In this document: positions 1-10,698 of the stretch, piece after piece
Position numbering within the stretch: the stretch's first letter is position 1
Layout of the letters: each line of letters starts with the position of its first letter
Assembly (NCBI GenBank): GCA_963669175.1
Contig: OY769902.1
Span: 1,120,001-1,184,000, forward strand
Reading direction: 5' to 3'
DNA from: a bacterium
Lineage (GTDB): Bacteria > Electryoneota > Electryoneia > Electryoneales > Electryoneaceae
Length of the DNA: 64,000 nt
Made by a program: the position numbers and the translations under genes
The notes under the pieces: generated by a model
Seen by the model: the letters and a program-made list of their open reading frames with translations, nothing else
The model's database searches: none
Told to the model about the DNA's origin: nothing

Positions 1-1697
1 TTGTTGTCCATTCCGGCGATGCCGGGAATCTGAACAATCTGGGCGACAGCCGTTTTGAAGCTGGGCGAAATGATAGTATCGACATACAACGAGGCCCGGC
101 TTTGCTGGACCTGTTCGACCAGGCGAGCCTTAATTTTATCCGCGATGGCGTCGGTTTCTTCGTTGAGCGGCCCCTGGATATAATGGATAAACGAACCGAA
201 TCCATAATAGTGGGAAATCCAGCGCAAGATATCGAACGGAGCCAACCGTTGCAGCGAGTGCGGCGTAAGGGCGATAAACGACGGTCGCCAATTGGTCATG
301 TCCACCTTGGCTTCACTGCGTTGGATCATAACCTGCAACTTGCGAGTCATCTGGAACAGCACACCTTTTACCACGGCCGCCAGGTCACGTTCGCTTTTGT
401 GTGACGCTCGCAGGATCAGGTACAGCATGGCCATGGAAAGAACAGCCACCATGGCGGCGATAGCGTTCATCAGGATCATCACGATAAACGCGGCAAGAGC
501 GCCGATCAGGGACAAGTACCACTTGGTACGGAATTTGGGTCGATAGGACGGGTTCCCGGCAAAATGCTCCAGGAAACTGATAGAACACAACGCGCCATAG
601 GTGATCATGAAGAACATGGAGATGATGCGCGCCACCATGTCCACATTGCCCACGGATACGAAGAACAGGATAATCGCCGAAGTCAGAAGCAGGCCATTGA
701 CCGGTTCGTTGGTCCGACCGCGACCGTAGGCGATAAAACGGTTGAATACCTGCCAGGGCAGGACATTATCACGTCCCAACGCCTGCAAGGTGCGTGGCGC
801 TACCAGGAACGATCCGATAGCTGAAGAAATGGTTGCCGCGGCAAGCCCGATTGGGATAATCGGGGACCATATTGCAATGCGTCCCATGACTAACGTATCC
901 GGATCAACCAGTTCCGCAGGTGAAGCGCTGAAGGCCAGCTTGATTACAACCAGCAGGTACACCGCCATCCCGGTCAACGCAGCGGCCAGCACACCGACAG
1001 GGATTGATTTTCCCGGGTCACGTAAATCCCCGGACAACCCCACCCCGGCGTTCATCCCGGTAAAAGCCGGGAACACAATAGCGAAGACCTTGAAGAAGGC
1101 GTCCGGATCACGGACCGTATTGAACAGCCCGACATCCTCAGGTCGGTTGGGTGTCGCTGATCCGGCGAAGAACATACTGAGAGATATTGCCAGAACCACG
1201 ACCACTACCCACAGTACTGAAACCCCAATATTCGCGCCACGGATCAGGATAATGATCGCAAGAATAATGAAAGCAGGAAGCGCGATCATGCGGATGTTTG
1301 GTTCAAAGCCGAAGACTCCCTCAAACCAGGGGAATAGGGGTCGAAACGCTTCGGAAAAGGCGATGACGTAGAAGGATACGGCAATAGACTGGGACAGGTA
1401 GAGCGACGTCCCGATAGCGCCGCCTACGGTCGCGCCGAAAGAACGGCTGATGATGTAATACTCGCCGCCGCCCTGCACTTTCAGGTTGGTCGCGATCTCC
1501 GCGACTGCCAGCCCGGTGGGGATGGTGATGGTATGGCCCAGCAGGATGATCAGGACAGCGCCCAGCAGCCCGACATTGCCCACAGCGTAACCGAAACGCA
1601 GGAACAGCACTGCGCCGAGAATCGTGCTGACACTCGCCAGGAAAACCGGAGAGGTTCCCCACCCGTGGCCCTTCTCCTGTGCACTGCTGTCCGACAT
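1..1697 (-). CDS. Amino acid permease / cation-chloride cotransporter (SLC12/APC-like), runs off the left edge
   Basis: Not in the ORF track because it has no stop in the window. Minus-strand translation from ATG 1697: MSDSSAQEKGHGWGTSPVFLASVSTILGAVLFLRFGYAVGNVG...IATNLKVQGGGEYYIISRSFG...FPAFTGMNAGVGLSGDL, typical APC/CCC motifs. Confidence 0.85.
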   Translation of the reverse strand, partial: MSDSSAQEKGHGWGTSPVFLASVSTILGAVLFLRFGYAVGNVGLLGAVLIILLGHTITIPTGLAVAEIATNLKVQGGGEYYIISRSFGATVGGAIGTSLYLSQSIAVSFYVIAFSEAFRPLFPWFEGVFGFEPNIRMIALPAFIILAIIILIRGANIGVSVLWVVVVVLAISLSMFFAGSATPNRPEDVGLFNTVRDPDAFFKVFAIVFPAFTGMNAGVGLSGDLRDPGKSIPVGVLAAALTGMAVYLLVVIKLAFSASPAELVDPDTLVMGRIAIWSPIIPIGLAAATISSAIGSFLVAPRTLQALGRDNVLPWQVFNRFIAYGRGRTNEPVNGLLLTSAIILFFVSVGNVDMVARIISMFFMITYGALCSISFLEHFAGNPSYRPKFRTKWYLSLIGALAAFIVMILMNAIAAMVAVLSMAMLYLILRASHKSERDLAAVVKGVLFQMTRKLQVMIQRSEAKVDMTNWRPSFIALTPHSLQRLAPFDILRWISHYYGFGSFIHYIQGPLNEETDAIADKIKARLVEQVQQSRASLYVDTIISPSFKTAVAQIVQIPGIAGMDN

Positions 1698-2136
1698 AGC
1701 GCCCCTCTACCGGAATCCCGGTGGCTTGTCCGAAAGCTGCTTAATGGCGATGGTTCTGTCAACCTGTCGCCACGAGCTATGTGCAACAATATGGCCGCAA
1801 CATGTCATCCCCAGTGAAAACGGGGATCTCGTGGTCGAGCAGTTTCTATTTCCCATACAGAAGATATCAATTATACGGCTCATCATTACTTGCAATATCG
1901 GCGTTTTTCACAGGTTGAAGCAATGGAGACAGGGGTAAAGAAGGATTTGTTTCTCCAGTATTACAACAGGCATGTACTGGCATATGATATATATCATACA
2001 GTGTAGTATTACATTGCACACTTGAATAAGCGAATGAGGAGTAGTAACTTCAAAAGGTTCAACACATCAACAAATTTCTTAATCTTCAAAGTAAGCCGAA
2101 TATTCATCTAAACCATTGATATTTAGGAGGCGCGCC

Positions 2137-3525
2137 TTGCTGAAATTACTTCGACTTCAGAACTTCAAAGGGTGGGAAGATACAGATACTATTCGAATGG
2201 CACCCATTACGCTATTTTTCGGGGCTAATAGCTCTGGAAAATCAAGTATCGGCCAATTCTTGATGATGCTAAAACAGACAGTTGAATCTCCTGATAGAAA
2301 GGCTGTCTTCTATCCAGGGGGAAAAAACTCTGCGGTACAGCTTGGATCTTTTCAAGAACTAGTATTCCATAGAAATGTTGACAACAAGATAAGTTTCAAA
2401 TATCAATGGGATCTACAAGAATCTCTCAAGTTTAAGGATCCAGTTTCTGAACAAAATTACTCTGGTGACAAAGTAAGTTTTAGTGCAACAGTGGGATTGA
2501 TCGATAAAGCCAAACATATTCTTGCTTTGGATATGCTTAAATACAACCTGTACAATGATAAATTGAATTTGGAAATTGGAATGGAACGTAAGCCAGGAGC
2601 AAAAGTAGAGTACAAAGTAGAAGCCATTAACTATGATTTGAAAAGGAAACAGGGGCGTGCATGGTATCCAGGCGCTCCCGTTCGTTTTTATGGTTTTCCT
2701 GACGAGGTTGTCGCTTATCACCAGAATGCAGATTTCGTTCAGGCAATCAACTTAGAACATGAGAAACTATTTCGTTCCATTTTTTATCTGGGCCCGTTAA
2801 GGACAAAAACAGAACGAATCTATTCTTGGACTGGAATAGAGCCTGAAAGTGTAGGATACTCTGGTGAAAACACTGTTGCTGCTATTCCAGCTGCGAAGAA
2901 TAGAATGATCAGTCTTGGTTATAATAGACGGAGGAAGAATTTCGAAGAAATCATTGCACAGAAACTGAAAGAAATGGGATTGATTGAAGGTTTCAAAGTC
3001 ACACCAATATCTGAACATCGTCAGGTATATGAAGTTAAACTCCAGACCAAAGGGTCAAACGATTGGGTAGACCTTCCGGATGTTGGATTTGGAATCTCGC
3101 AGGTATTGCCCGTTTTAGTTCAGTGTTTCTATGCGCCTCCAGGATCAATAATAATAATGGAGCAACCCGAAATACATCTTCATCCAAGCGCACAATCAGC
3201 TTTAGCTGATGTAATGATTGATGTTATTAATTCACTAGAAAACGGCTTAGATAGAAATGTACAATTGATAATTGAAACACATTCAGAGCATTTTTTAAGG
3301 AGATTACAAAGGAGAATCGCTGAAAATGTTGTTTCTGAATCGAAAGTGTCCGCATATTTTGCGGATATTACCAATACACCGGCAACATTGCGGCCATTGG
3401 AACTTGATCTATTCGGAAATATAAAGAATTGGCCAAAGAATTTCTTTGGTGATGAGATGGCTGATGTTGCGGGACAAGCAAAGGCAGCTATAAAGAAACG
3501 TATTCAATTAAATGATCAAGAATAG
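2137..3525 (+). CDS. ABC/AAA-type ATPase (AAA_15/AAA_21 with DUF3696-like C-terminus)
   Basis: Walker A GANSSGKSS, signature DVGFGISQVLP, Walker B MEQPEIHLHP, H-loop IETHSEH, C-terminal GNIKNWPKNFF. AGGAGG at 2125-2130 precedes TTG 2137. AT-rich. Confidence 0.85.
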   Translation: MLKLLRLQNFKGWEDTDTIRMAPITLFFGANSSGKSSIGQFLMMLKQTVESPDRKAVFYPGGKNSAVQLGSFQELVFHRNVDNKISFKYQWDLQESLKFKDPVSEQNYSGDKVSFSATVGLIDKAKHILALDMLKYNLYNDKLNLEIGMERKPGAKVEYKVEAINYDLKRKQGRAWYPGAPVRFYGFPDEVVAYHQNADFVQAINLEHEKLFRSIFYLGPLRTKTERIYSWTGIEPESVGYSGENTVAAIPAAKNRMISLGYNRRRKNFEEIIAQKLKEMGLIEGFKVTPISEHRQVYEVKLQTKGSNDWVDLPDVGFGISQVLPVLVQCFYAPPGSIIIMEQPEIHLHPSAQSALADVMIDVINSLENGLDRNVQLIIETHSEHFLRRLQRRIAENVVSESKVSAYFADITNTPATLRPLELDLFGNIKNWPKNFFGDEMADVAGQAKAAIKKRIQLNDQE

Positions 3526-3538
3526 GGAGTGAGTAAAT

Positions 3539-4078
3539 ATGCCTAATATACCTAGGAAGGTAATAGTTGACACCAATGTCCCCATTGTTGCCAATATTGC
3601 GGCCCATCCCGAATATGATAGTGATGTAGATTTAAATTGCATTCTTTCCTGTATTGAAGCAATAGAGACAGTCACTAAGCGGGGTGTTTTAATTATTGAT
3701 GAAAGCGATGAGATTTTTTCAGAATATATAAATCAACCATATTTATCATTAAAAGGACAACCAGGTGTTGGCGATCTATTTGTAAAGTGGATTGCGGATA
3801 ATCAGTGGAATGTTAATTTGATTAATCGGGTTAGAATAACGCAAGTAGACGATACGTTTAGTGAATTTCCCAATGAAGTTGAACTGGAAGATTTTGACAG
3901 ATCTGATAGAAAGTTTATTGCTGTGGCCAATGCGCATCCAGAAAAGCCCCCTGTTCTTGAGGCTACCGACAGCAAATGGTGGGGATGGAAAGAAGCACTA
4001 GAGAGGAATGGTATAAACGTACGCTTCTTGTGTAAGGACTATATTGAACAAAAATACAATGCTAAGTTTGAAAACTAA
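3539..4078 (+). CDS. PIN-domain-like putative nuclease
   Basis: N-terminal VIVDTNV, conserved EY, DRSDRKFIAVA and ATDS acidic motifs. Starts 13 bp after the ATPase stop. AT-rich. Confidence 0.65.
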   Translation: MPNIPRKVIVDTNVPIVANIAAHPEYDSDVDLNCILSCIEAIETVTKRGVLIIDESDEIFSEYINQPYLSLKGQPGVGDLFVKWIADNQWNVNLINRVRITQVDDTFSEFPNEVELEDFDRSDRKFIAVANAHPEKPPVLEATDSKWWGWKEALERNGINVRFLCKDYIEQKYNAKFEN

Positions 4079-4084
4079 GCGTAG

Positions 4085-6028
4085 CTATGAATTCTTAGAC
4101 AATTTGAAAGCTATAACAGGATCGTGGAAACCTTTCACATCCAGACCGCCCATGGAATCGAACGTGAATTCTGTGGCGATATGGTTAAACGTATCCTCAT
4201 CAACCACGATATCCCCGGAATCGCCTTTCCCCTGCAAGCGTGACGCGAGGTTCACCTTCGACCCGATGATGGTATAGTCAATCTTGTCCTTCGTGCCCAG
4301 GTTGCCCACCGCGACAATTCCGGTGGCGATACCGACACGGATCTGGATCGGGAGGCGTCCTTCCGCGGACCATTTCTCCCGCAAGCGTTTTGCCCCTTCC
4401 TGCATGGCGATGGCGGTACGCACCGCGTTGGCCGGGCTGACAATCGTCCCTTCCTCTTCATTTTCGAAGAAGGCCAGCAGGCCATCACCCAGGTACTTGT
4501 CGATGATACCGTTATGCTCGAACACCAGCCCGACCATGTTCTGCAGGTATTCATCCAGCACCGCCTGTACCTCGTCAGGTGTATTGGTGTCGCAGAAGCC
4601 GGTGAAATTGGCGATATCGCTGAACAAAACGCTGATATACTTACGTTTTCCGCCCGGTTGCAACAGTTCCGGGTTCTTTTCCATACGTTCCAGCAGGGGC
4701 GGCGATAGATAACTGCGCAGCCCTTCACGGATGATGAGCAGGTGTTGCTGCTCGTAATAGAATTTGTAGAAGGTGGCAAAGCCGGTCATCACGACAAACG
4801 GCACCACAAACGGCACCACCGGAAGCACCCAGCCCATCTTGATAAATACCAGCAGCGTCAGGGCAGTATAAGCTGCCAACATCAGGATAGCTGCCACGAT
4901 CAGGGTGACCATATTTCGCTTGATTGCCAGCCACCAGACCGCGACAAGACAGAGTAGCAGGACCATAATATCAAGCCACAACGGCGAATATCGCAGGAAA
5001 TCACCCTGGAAAATGGAGCTGATCAGAGCAGAATAGATAAATGCGAACGGGAAATTGGTTTCCAGCGGCGTTTTTCCGTAATCCTTCCCCGCCGTGGAAA
5101 TGTCGCCCAGGATACCGATCTTGCCCCGGAACATGGTGATCAGCTTGCGAGGATCTTCCACCTTCACCAAATCATAAGCGCTATAGGAAAGCGGCCAGTT
5201 CTCCTGGGCGAAACGTCCCGGCCAGTTAATCAGCATGCAGCCTTCATCATCCAGTGGAATGCTTATGTCCACCGGATCATCAGCGTCCGGAAGTTCGATA
5301 TTCTTCAATGTCAGCTCACGGCTGGATATTTCCAGGTTAGCCAGGTCATAGTCCAAGTATGCCGCAATGCTGGCCATGGCAATCGAGGGCACCAGTTTAC
5401 CGTTACAGTTGGCAACCAGCGGATAACGTCGTATGACACCATCACGATCCGGCAGGAGGTTCACATAGCCGGATGAGTAGGCCATTTCCAGTAATTCGGG
5501 ATAGGGCGCGGCATCAAAACCACTGCATTTGCGAATAACGCTGCTGTTTACCGGTGGATAGGATTCGTAGTTAACCACAGGAACCGGGTAATCAGCGAGG
5601 AGGCGTGGCGGTTCACTGGAGAAATTACCCTGGAACGCGAGCACGACATTCGCAGCTTCATCCACTGCATCCGCCAGCAGCACATCCTCGGTGGAGTCAC
5701 GATGGCCGCTGAACAACAGGTCACAGGCGACAATATCCGATCCCCCTTCGGCGAGGGTCAGGATCAGGTCGCCGATAACATCACGTCCCCAGTCATAATC
5801 TCCGGATTGAGCCTGGGAATAGTCGTCCAGGGAAACATGGTAGAGCAGATCGGAGAGAACCGGGTTTTTGGCGTAAGCGTTACGAAAGGCAAAGCGCTGG
5901 TCCAGCGTATCCAGTTCGGCTACGTCAAAAACACTGGGGAACAGGTATACCACGGCAAGCGCAAAAAGGAGCACAAGCAGGCTGAACAGCAAAAGCTTGC
6001 CTGTTGGGATGGTGTTTTCAGGGTTCAT
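4085..6028 (-). CDS. CHASE2-domain adenylate/guanylate cyclase (class III)
   Basis: CHASE2 motifs (PDRDGVIRRYPL), three TM helices, cyclase motifs LFSDIANFT, DKYLGDG, DYTIIGSKVNLASRLQ. Confidence 0.9.
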   Translation of the reverse strand: MNPENTIPTGKLLLFSLLVLLFALAVVYLFPSVFDVAELDTLDQRFAFRNAYAKNPVLSDLLYHVSLDDYSQAQSGDYDWGRDVIGDLILTLAEGGSDIVACDLLFSGHRDSTEDVLLADAVDEAANVVLAFQGNFSSEPPRLLADYPVPVVNYESYPPVNSSVIRKCSGFDAAPYPELLEMAYSSGYVNLLPDRDGVIRRYPLVANCNGKLVPSIAMASIAAYLDYDLANLEISSRELTLKNIELPDADDPVDISIPLDDEGCMLINWPGRFAQENWPLSYSAYDLVKVEDPRKLITMFRGKIGILGDISTAGKDYGKTPLETNFPFAFIYSALISSIFQGDFLRYSPLWLDIMVLLLCLVAVWWLAIKRNMVTLIVAAILMLAAYTALTLLVFIKMGWVLPVVPFVVPFVVMTGFATFYKFYYEQQHLLIIREGLRSYLSPPLLERMEKNPELLQPGGKRKYISVLFSDIANFTGFCDTNTPDEVQAVLDEYLQNMVGLVFEHNGIIDKYLGDGLLAFFENEEEGTIVSPANAVRTAIAMQEGAKRLREKWSAEGRLPIQIRVGIATGIVAVGNLGTKDKIDYTIIGSKVNLASRLQGKGDSGDIVVDEDTFNHIATEFTFDSMGGLDVKGFHDPVIAFKLSKNS

Positions 6029-6425
6029 GGAACGGCCGCCTCCCTCGGTCTTTCATTTTTCCTGTGAGCATATAATATACACCATATGAAAGACTGTAGC
6101 ATGAGAAACGCCAGTTCCATTCCTACGTAGCCAACAGCATAATAATCCTTTGAATCTTCATTCCCACGAAGAACCTGTTCCTGAAAGCAGTAGTCAGGGA
6201 TGGGAACCGAAGCTTACGGTGTCCCGTCTTTTTAGGACAGCCGTAAAACCAATCATATTACGATATTACAATAGGAATAATATTGTCAAGAAGCAAGGTA
6301 TGTAGAGATTTATATTTGTGTTCAACTTGTTGTTTTGTCGATACTTGCCTGGATCCCCACCTGCGTGGGAATGAATGTGTCGCTAATCCAGTCATGGTCA
6401 TGAGGCAGGGATGCTTTCCCCAAAC

Positions 6426-7091
6426 CTATTCATGTACAATTTCAATAATATCCCAGGCAACTCTTTCTCCACCGGCTTGTCCGAATAGCTGGTTAGCGGC
6501 TGTTTGCCCTTCGCTGGATTCATCTGCCGACCGATAGCTGGCTCCGACCATTTCCGGACGATCCAGGCGAGTACGCACCAACGGAGCTTCTCCTTCATCC
6601 ACGTACGTGACCATGGTCAGTTCCGTATCAATCTTACGGGCGTACTTGTCGCGTGTCTTGCCGGAAGCGCCTTCGTACTTCTCAAACTGCTCTTCCAGCT
6701 CTTCAAGGCGTTCCGTGGAGCAGATCATGTAGATCTTTTCAGTTCCGGTACTGTTATCAAGCTGCAACCAGTCTAGTGATGTGGCAGAACCTGTAACGGT
6801 TTCGGCTCCTTCGCCATGCGAGGCGGTATGGTACAGGTAAAAAGAACCGTCGGAAGCTTCCAGAACGATGTAAAAGTAAGAAGGGCCGTGGAGTTTGTAG
6901 TTGATCTTGAAATAATCCCCGGAGTGCAGAGTGCCCCCGTTTTCCACTTCGAACAGGTCGTCCGGCTGGCCGGATTTCATCCCGACAACACCGTAGGTAA
7001 AGGTTACCGTATCCGGTTCCTGCGCAAAACCGAAGGAAAACAGCACGAGAAAAAGCAGACTTGTCGTGAAAAGTTTAACGCCAGTCTTCAT
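6426..7091 (-). CDS. Secreted DUF4384-like protein
   Basis: Signal peptide, LHSGDYFKINY...LDNSTGTEKIYMICS pattern, GGAGG RBS before ATG 7091. Confidence 0.6.
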   Translation of the reverse strand: MKTGVKLFTTSLLFLVLFSFGFAQEPDTVTFTYGVVGMKSGQPDDLFEVENGGTLHSGDYFKINYKLHGPSYFYIVLEASDGSFYLYHTASHGEGAETVTGSATSLDWLQLDNSTGTEKIYMICSTERLEELEEQFEKYEGASGKTRDKYARKIDTELTMVTYVDEGEAPLVRTRLDRPEMVGASYRSADESSEGQTAANQLFGQAGGERVAWDIIEIVHE

Positions 7092-7578
7092 AAAACCTCC
7101 CTCCAACAACAGCTTCAATATGCAACGCCCACCAGTAAAGCAATTGAATATAGGTAATGAGATTACGCGAAATACATGATCCCCCTCACATTTTCAGGTA
7201 AAACATGCAGGCGTACAGGAAATTTGGAGCGTGAAATGAGAAGTGGTGATAAATTACAAGTATTTAGCAAGTGTTTGTTTAATTGTGGTTTAGGTTGAGG
7301 TGGGTATGTAAGTTGTTGTTTGGCATGTTACTTGCTACTTGTTGAGCGAGCAGAATACCGTCTGGTACGGCTCCACATATCCCACCTTGCGCACGCGAAC
7401 CGGTATTGCGTGATGGGGTCGATGAGGGTGTTCGGATCGCGTCAGTCTCTGATGGCAGACGCGATTTTTCTCTCGGCATCCAACCTGTGAAAAGCTACTA
7501 TCTTAGAGAAAGTCCTTGCTTTCCACTCCGTGTTCTTTTATGTTATCCCTTGAAGGGGACAACAGACAGGAATGTGTT

Positions 7579-8409
7579 GTGAGCGAAGAACGTCTGGTAC
7601 GTGAGCTGATAGAGTTTGGGTTGTCGGAACGTGAGTCCAGCTTGTATGTGGCGATGCTGGCTCAGCGTGAGGTGTCGGCCGGGGAGTTGCATCGTATTAC
7701 CGGGATGAACCGGGCGAAGACGTATACGATCCTGGCGCAAATGGTCAGCCGTGGGTTGTGCAAAGAACGGAAAGATGGTCGGCATCGGTATTTCAGCGCC
7801 ATGCCGCCGGCCAGCATCCTGGAAAGCATGAAGGCCCAATGGCAGCGCAGGCGGCAGCGTGCGGAATCGGTATTTGATGAGTTGGATGACCTGTTTGTTG
7901 CCGGCAATGGATCGGGACGTCTGCTGGATCTGGTTGAGGTGGTCCGGGGCAAGGAGCAGCATGCCAGCCGTTTGCAGCAGTTGACAGACCGGGTGAAAGA
8001 GGAAGTGCTGGCCCTGGCGCGCGCTCCGTACCCTTTGCTGGAGTTGCAGCAGGAACAGAGGCGTGAGTTAACGACAACCATTGCAACACCTTCGACAGTC
8101 ATTGATCGTGCGATTTACATGATCAACGACCCGAGTTTCAATGATATACGTAATGTCCTGCGTCGTTCAGTCGGGTTGCGTCCCTGGGAAGAGATGCGAG
8201 TGATCGATTATGTTCCGCTGAAAATGTACATCTATGACCGTAAACTGGTGTATATGGCATTGCCTTCAGGGCGGGTACAATACAGTCCGGACAGCACAAT
8301 GGTGCTGATTGAAGATCCTGGTCTGGCGGAGTTGTGCCGGAACGCGTTTTACCGGTTATGGGAACAGGCGCAGCCATTCCCGGAATGGGAGTCTCAGAAT
8401 AGCGATTAA
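7579..8409 (+). CDS. TrmB-family transcriptional regulator
   Basis: FGLSERESSLYVAML...wHTH and C-terminal KMYIYDRK PLD-like effector domain. Start codon uncertain (ORF opens at 7516). Confidence 0.85.
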   Translation: MSEERLVRELIEFGLSERESSLYVAMLAQREVSAGELHRITGMNRAKTYTILAQMVSRGLCKERKDGRHRYFSAMPPASILESMKAQWQRRRQRAESVFDELDDLFVAGNGSGRLLDLVEVVRGKEQHASRLQQLTDRVKEEVLALARAPYPLLELQQEQRRELTTTIATPSTVIDRAIYMINDPSFNDIRNVLRRSVGLRPWEEMRVIDYVPLKMYIYDRKLVYMALPSGRVQYSPDSTMVLIEDPGLAELCRNAFYRLWEQAQPFPEWESQNSD

Positions 8410-8481
8410 CATAGTGGTGGGCGATGCTGCTATGGCGACTGTGAGCTGATTTGCGACGGGTTGGGTCGCGGGGAGGGAAGT

Positions 8482-8709
8482 ATGGTTGCTGAATCTGTCA
8501 TGGACCGGACAGGGAGAGACGAGGTCTGTGTCCTGCTGGATCGACACGAAGTGCCCTACACGCTTCACGAGGGAATGTTGCTGTTGCTGGACAGCAACCC
8601 AAACAACCTCACGAAGTTAAGGGATATTGGTTTCCGCCTGGGGAATGGATGTGAAGAATTCAGATACCTGCTGTATTATAAAGGGAAACGGGTTGGTTGT
8701 GTGAAATAA
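8482..8709 (+). CDS. Small hypothetical protein (75 aa)
   Basis: GGAGGG RBS before ATG 8482, plausible composition, no recognisable family. Confidence 0.45.
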   Translation: MVAESVMDRTGRDEVCVLLDRHEVPYTLHEGMLLLLDSNPNNLTKLRDIGFRLGNGCEEFRYLLYYKGKRVGCVK

Positions 8710-8920
8710 AGAACGTAACACCGGTGTGTCTTGATTGATGGAACTTGTGAATGAGTGATACGTTCAAGCCAGGAAAACAAACCGGTGTGCTACCTCTCTC
8801 TTTGCGAGCCAACAGAGCTGACAACGGGTACTTCTGAGTGTATCTTTGTAGTTTTAGGGTTTTTGGATATTGACTGCTGGATTCTGGACGCGATAACAGA
8901 CCAAAACCAAGAGGTAACCG

Positions 8921-10564
8921 TTGCCAAAGCGGCGTGAGCAAGTAAATATCTCGAAAGTATTGATTCTAAGCCTGGCAATGGCCGGAGCCTACCTGATCGG
9001 TATGGCGACTGGCGGCAGGCTGGGTTTCTACGGGGCAACCGTACCACCTTCCTTCAACAAGTTTTCCGAAGTATTGCACCTGGTGGACAAGGCATACGTT
9101 GATGATGTCGCCGTTGATACTCTTGTTCAGGGGGCGATTGAAGGGCTGCTCAGCAACCTTGACCCGCACTCGGTATATATTCCTCCCAAAGAACAAACAC
9201 AGATTGCCGAGCGTTTTGCCGGTGAGTTCAGCGGTATCGGCATTCAGTTTGAGATACGTGACAACCACATCCTGGTAGTCAGTCCCATACCGGGGACTCC
9301 GGCAGATCGTCTTGGACTTTCAGCCGGGGACCGCATTGTCGAGATCGATGGCGTCAGTACATTCGGCATCACCAACGATGATGTGTTTGAACGGTTGCGT
9401 GGTCCTGAAGGCTCCGAGGTCCGGCTGACTATTCTGCGTCCCGGTGAAGATGAACAGTTTGAACTGGTCGTTACCCGGAGCCGGATCCCGATTCATTCGG
9501 TGGATGCTGCTTTCCTGCTGGATGATGGTATCACCGGGTATGTGATTATCAACCAGTTTACGTCTATCACGACGATAGAGCTGGAAACAGCGCTGGATTC
9601 GCTGGCGTTGCTGGGAATGAAACAGTTGGTCGTTGATTTACGTGGCAACTCCGGTGGTTACCTTGGCCAGGCGGACCAGGTGGCCAATCTTTTCCTGCCC
9701 GGTGGGCGTGAAATTGTGTCGACTGAAGGAAGAATTCTCAACGAGCGCGAGGCGTTGTACTCATCAAACGTGCATACTCCGTTAGGACATTCCTTCCAGC
9801 AAATCCCACTGGTGGTGCTGGTCGACAATGGGAGCGCGTCGGCCAGTGAAATTGTTGCGGGAGCTATTCAGGACAATGATCGCGGGCTGATTATCGGGCG
9901 GCCGACCTTTGGGAAGGGGCTGGTACAGTCTCCCTTTAATCTTGAAGATGGTAGCGTCGTCCGAATTACTACTGCACGCTGGTATACGCCTTCCGGACGA
10001 TGTGTACAGCGTCCCTGGGATAAGGGCCTTGGTGAATATTTCATGGAAGCCAGTGGTCTGGTGGAAGAGGAGGACAGTACATCTTCCGACATGGATGCGA
10101 CTCGCAAGCAGCAGTATCATACACGAACCGGACGTACCGTATATGGGAATGAAGGCATCCGTCCGGATCTGGATGTCGATCCGGGGCGTCTAAGCGATTA
10201 TGGAGTCAAGCTGGTTCGCAGTCGGGTGGTGATTGACTGGTCACGCAAACTGGCTGACAGTCTCGCCATACCGGAGATGGATTTTGTGAACTTCCGCGAT
10301 CACTGGACCTTGTCTCCGGAGCTTGAGCGAGAGTTCATCCGGTATGCAAAGAAAGAGAAAGATATCGAGTTTGACGCGCGTGGCTGGGCGGAAGACCGTA
10401 AATTTATCCTGAACCAGATCAAGGCAGAACTTGCCATGCGCATATATAACGGGCGAGAATTCATGTGGCAGGTGCTGGTGACGGAGGACAACCAGGTACG
10501 CGAAGCGATGCGGCAAATGGAGCAGGCTGACAGTCTGTTTCGCGCCCCTTCCGCCCCGTTGTGA
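8921..10564 (+). CDS. S41 family carboxyl-terminal processing peptidase (PDZ)
   Basis: LDPHSVY, GIGI PDZ, DLRGNSGG, SASASEI, FGKGLVQ motifs. Confidence 0.95.
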   Translation: MPKRREQVNISKVLILSLAMAGAYLIGMATGGRLGFYGATVPPSFNKFSEVLHLVDKAYVDDVAVDTLVQGAIEGLLSNLDPHSVYIPPKEQTQIAERFAGEFSGIGIQFEIRDNHILVVSPIPGTPADRLGLSAGDRIVEIDGVSTFGITNDDVFERLRGPEGSEVRLTILRPGEDEQFELVVTRSRIPIHSVDAAFLLDDGITGYVIINQFTSITTIELETALDSLALLGMKQLVVDLRGNSGGYLGQADQVANLFLPGGREIVSTEGRILNEREALYSSNVHTPLGHSFQQIPLVVLVDNGSASASEIVAGAIQDNDRGLIIGRPTFGKGLVQSPFNLEDGSVVRITTARWYTPSGRCVQRPWDKGLGEYFMEASGLVEEEDSTSSDMDATRKQQYHTRTGRTVYGNEGIRPDLDVDPGRLSDYGVKLVRSRVVIDWSRKLADSLAIPEMDFVNFRDHWTLSPELEREFIRYAKKEKDIEFDARGWAEDRKFILNQIKAELAMRIYNGREFMWQVLVTEDNQVREAMRQMEQADSLFRAPSAPL

Positions 10565-10698
10565 GGTTGACTCGCTGGAACGATTGTTTGTACGTTTGTT
10601 GCTGTTGTGTATTGGCTTGTAAGCTCAAGTAAAAAAGTGCGATGGCCGAAAAAATGTTGCGGCCAATTTCGCGTGTACGGACACGGAGGTCTGTCGAA

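Noticed and set aside
1984-1997. ATGATATATATCAT palindrome upstream of the ATPase as an operator
   Set aside because: Low-complexity AT palindrome in AT-rich DNA, not distinguishable from chance
7505-7520. RNase P RNA (GAAAGTCC)
   Set aside because: No GAGGAAAGTCC context and no 3' AGAA..CGGCTTA element
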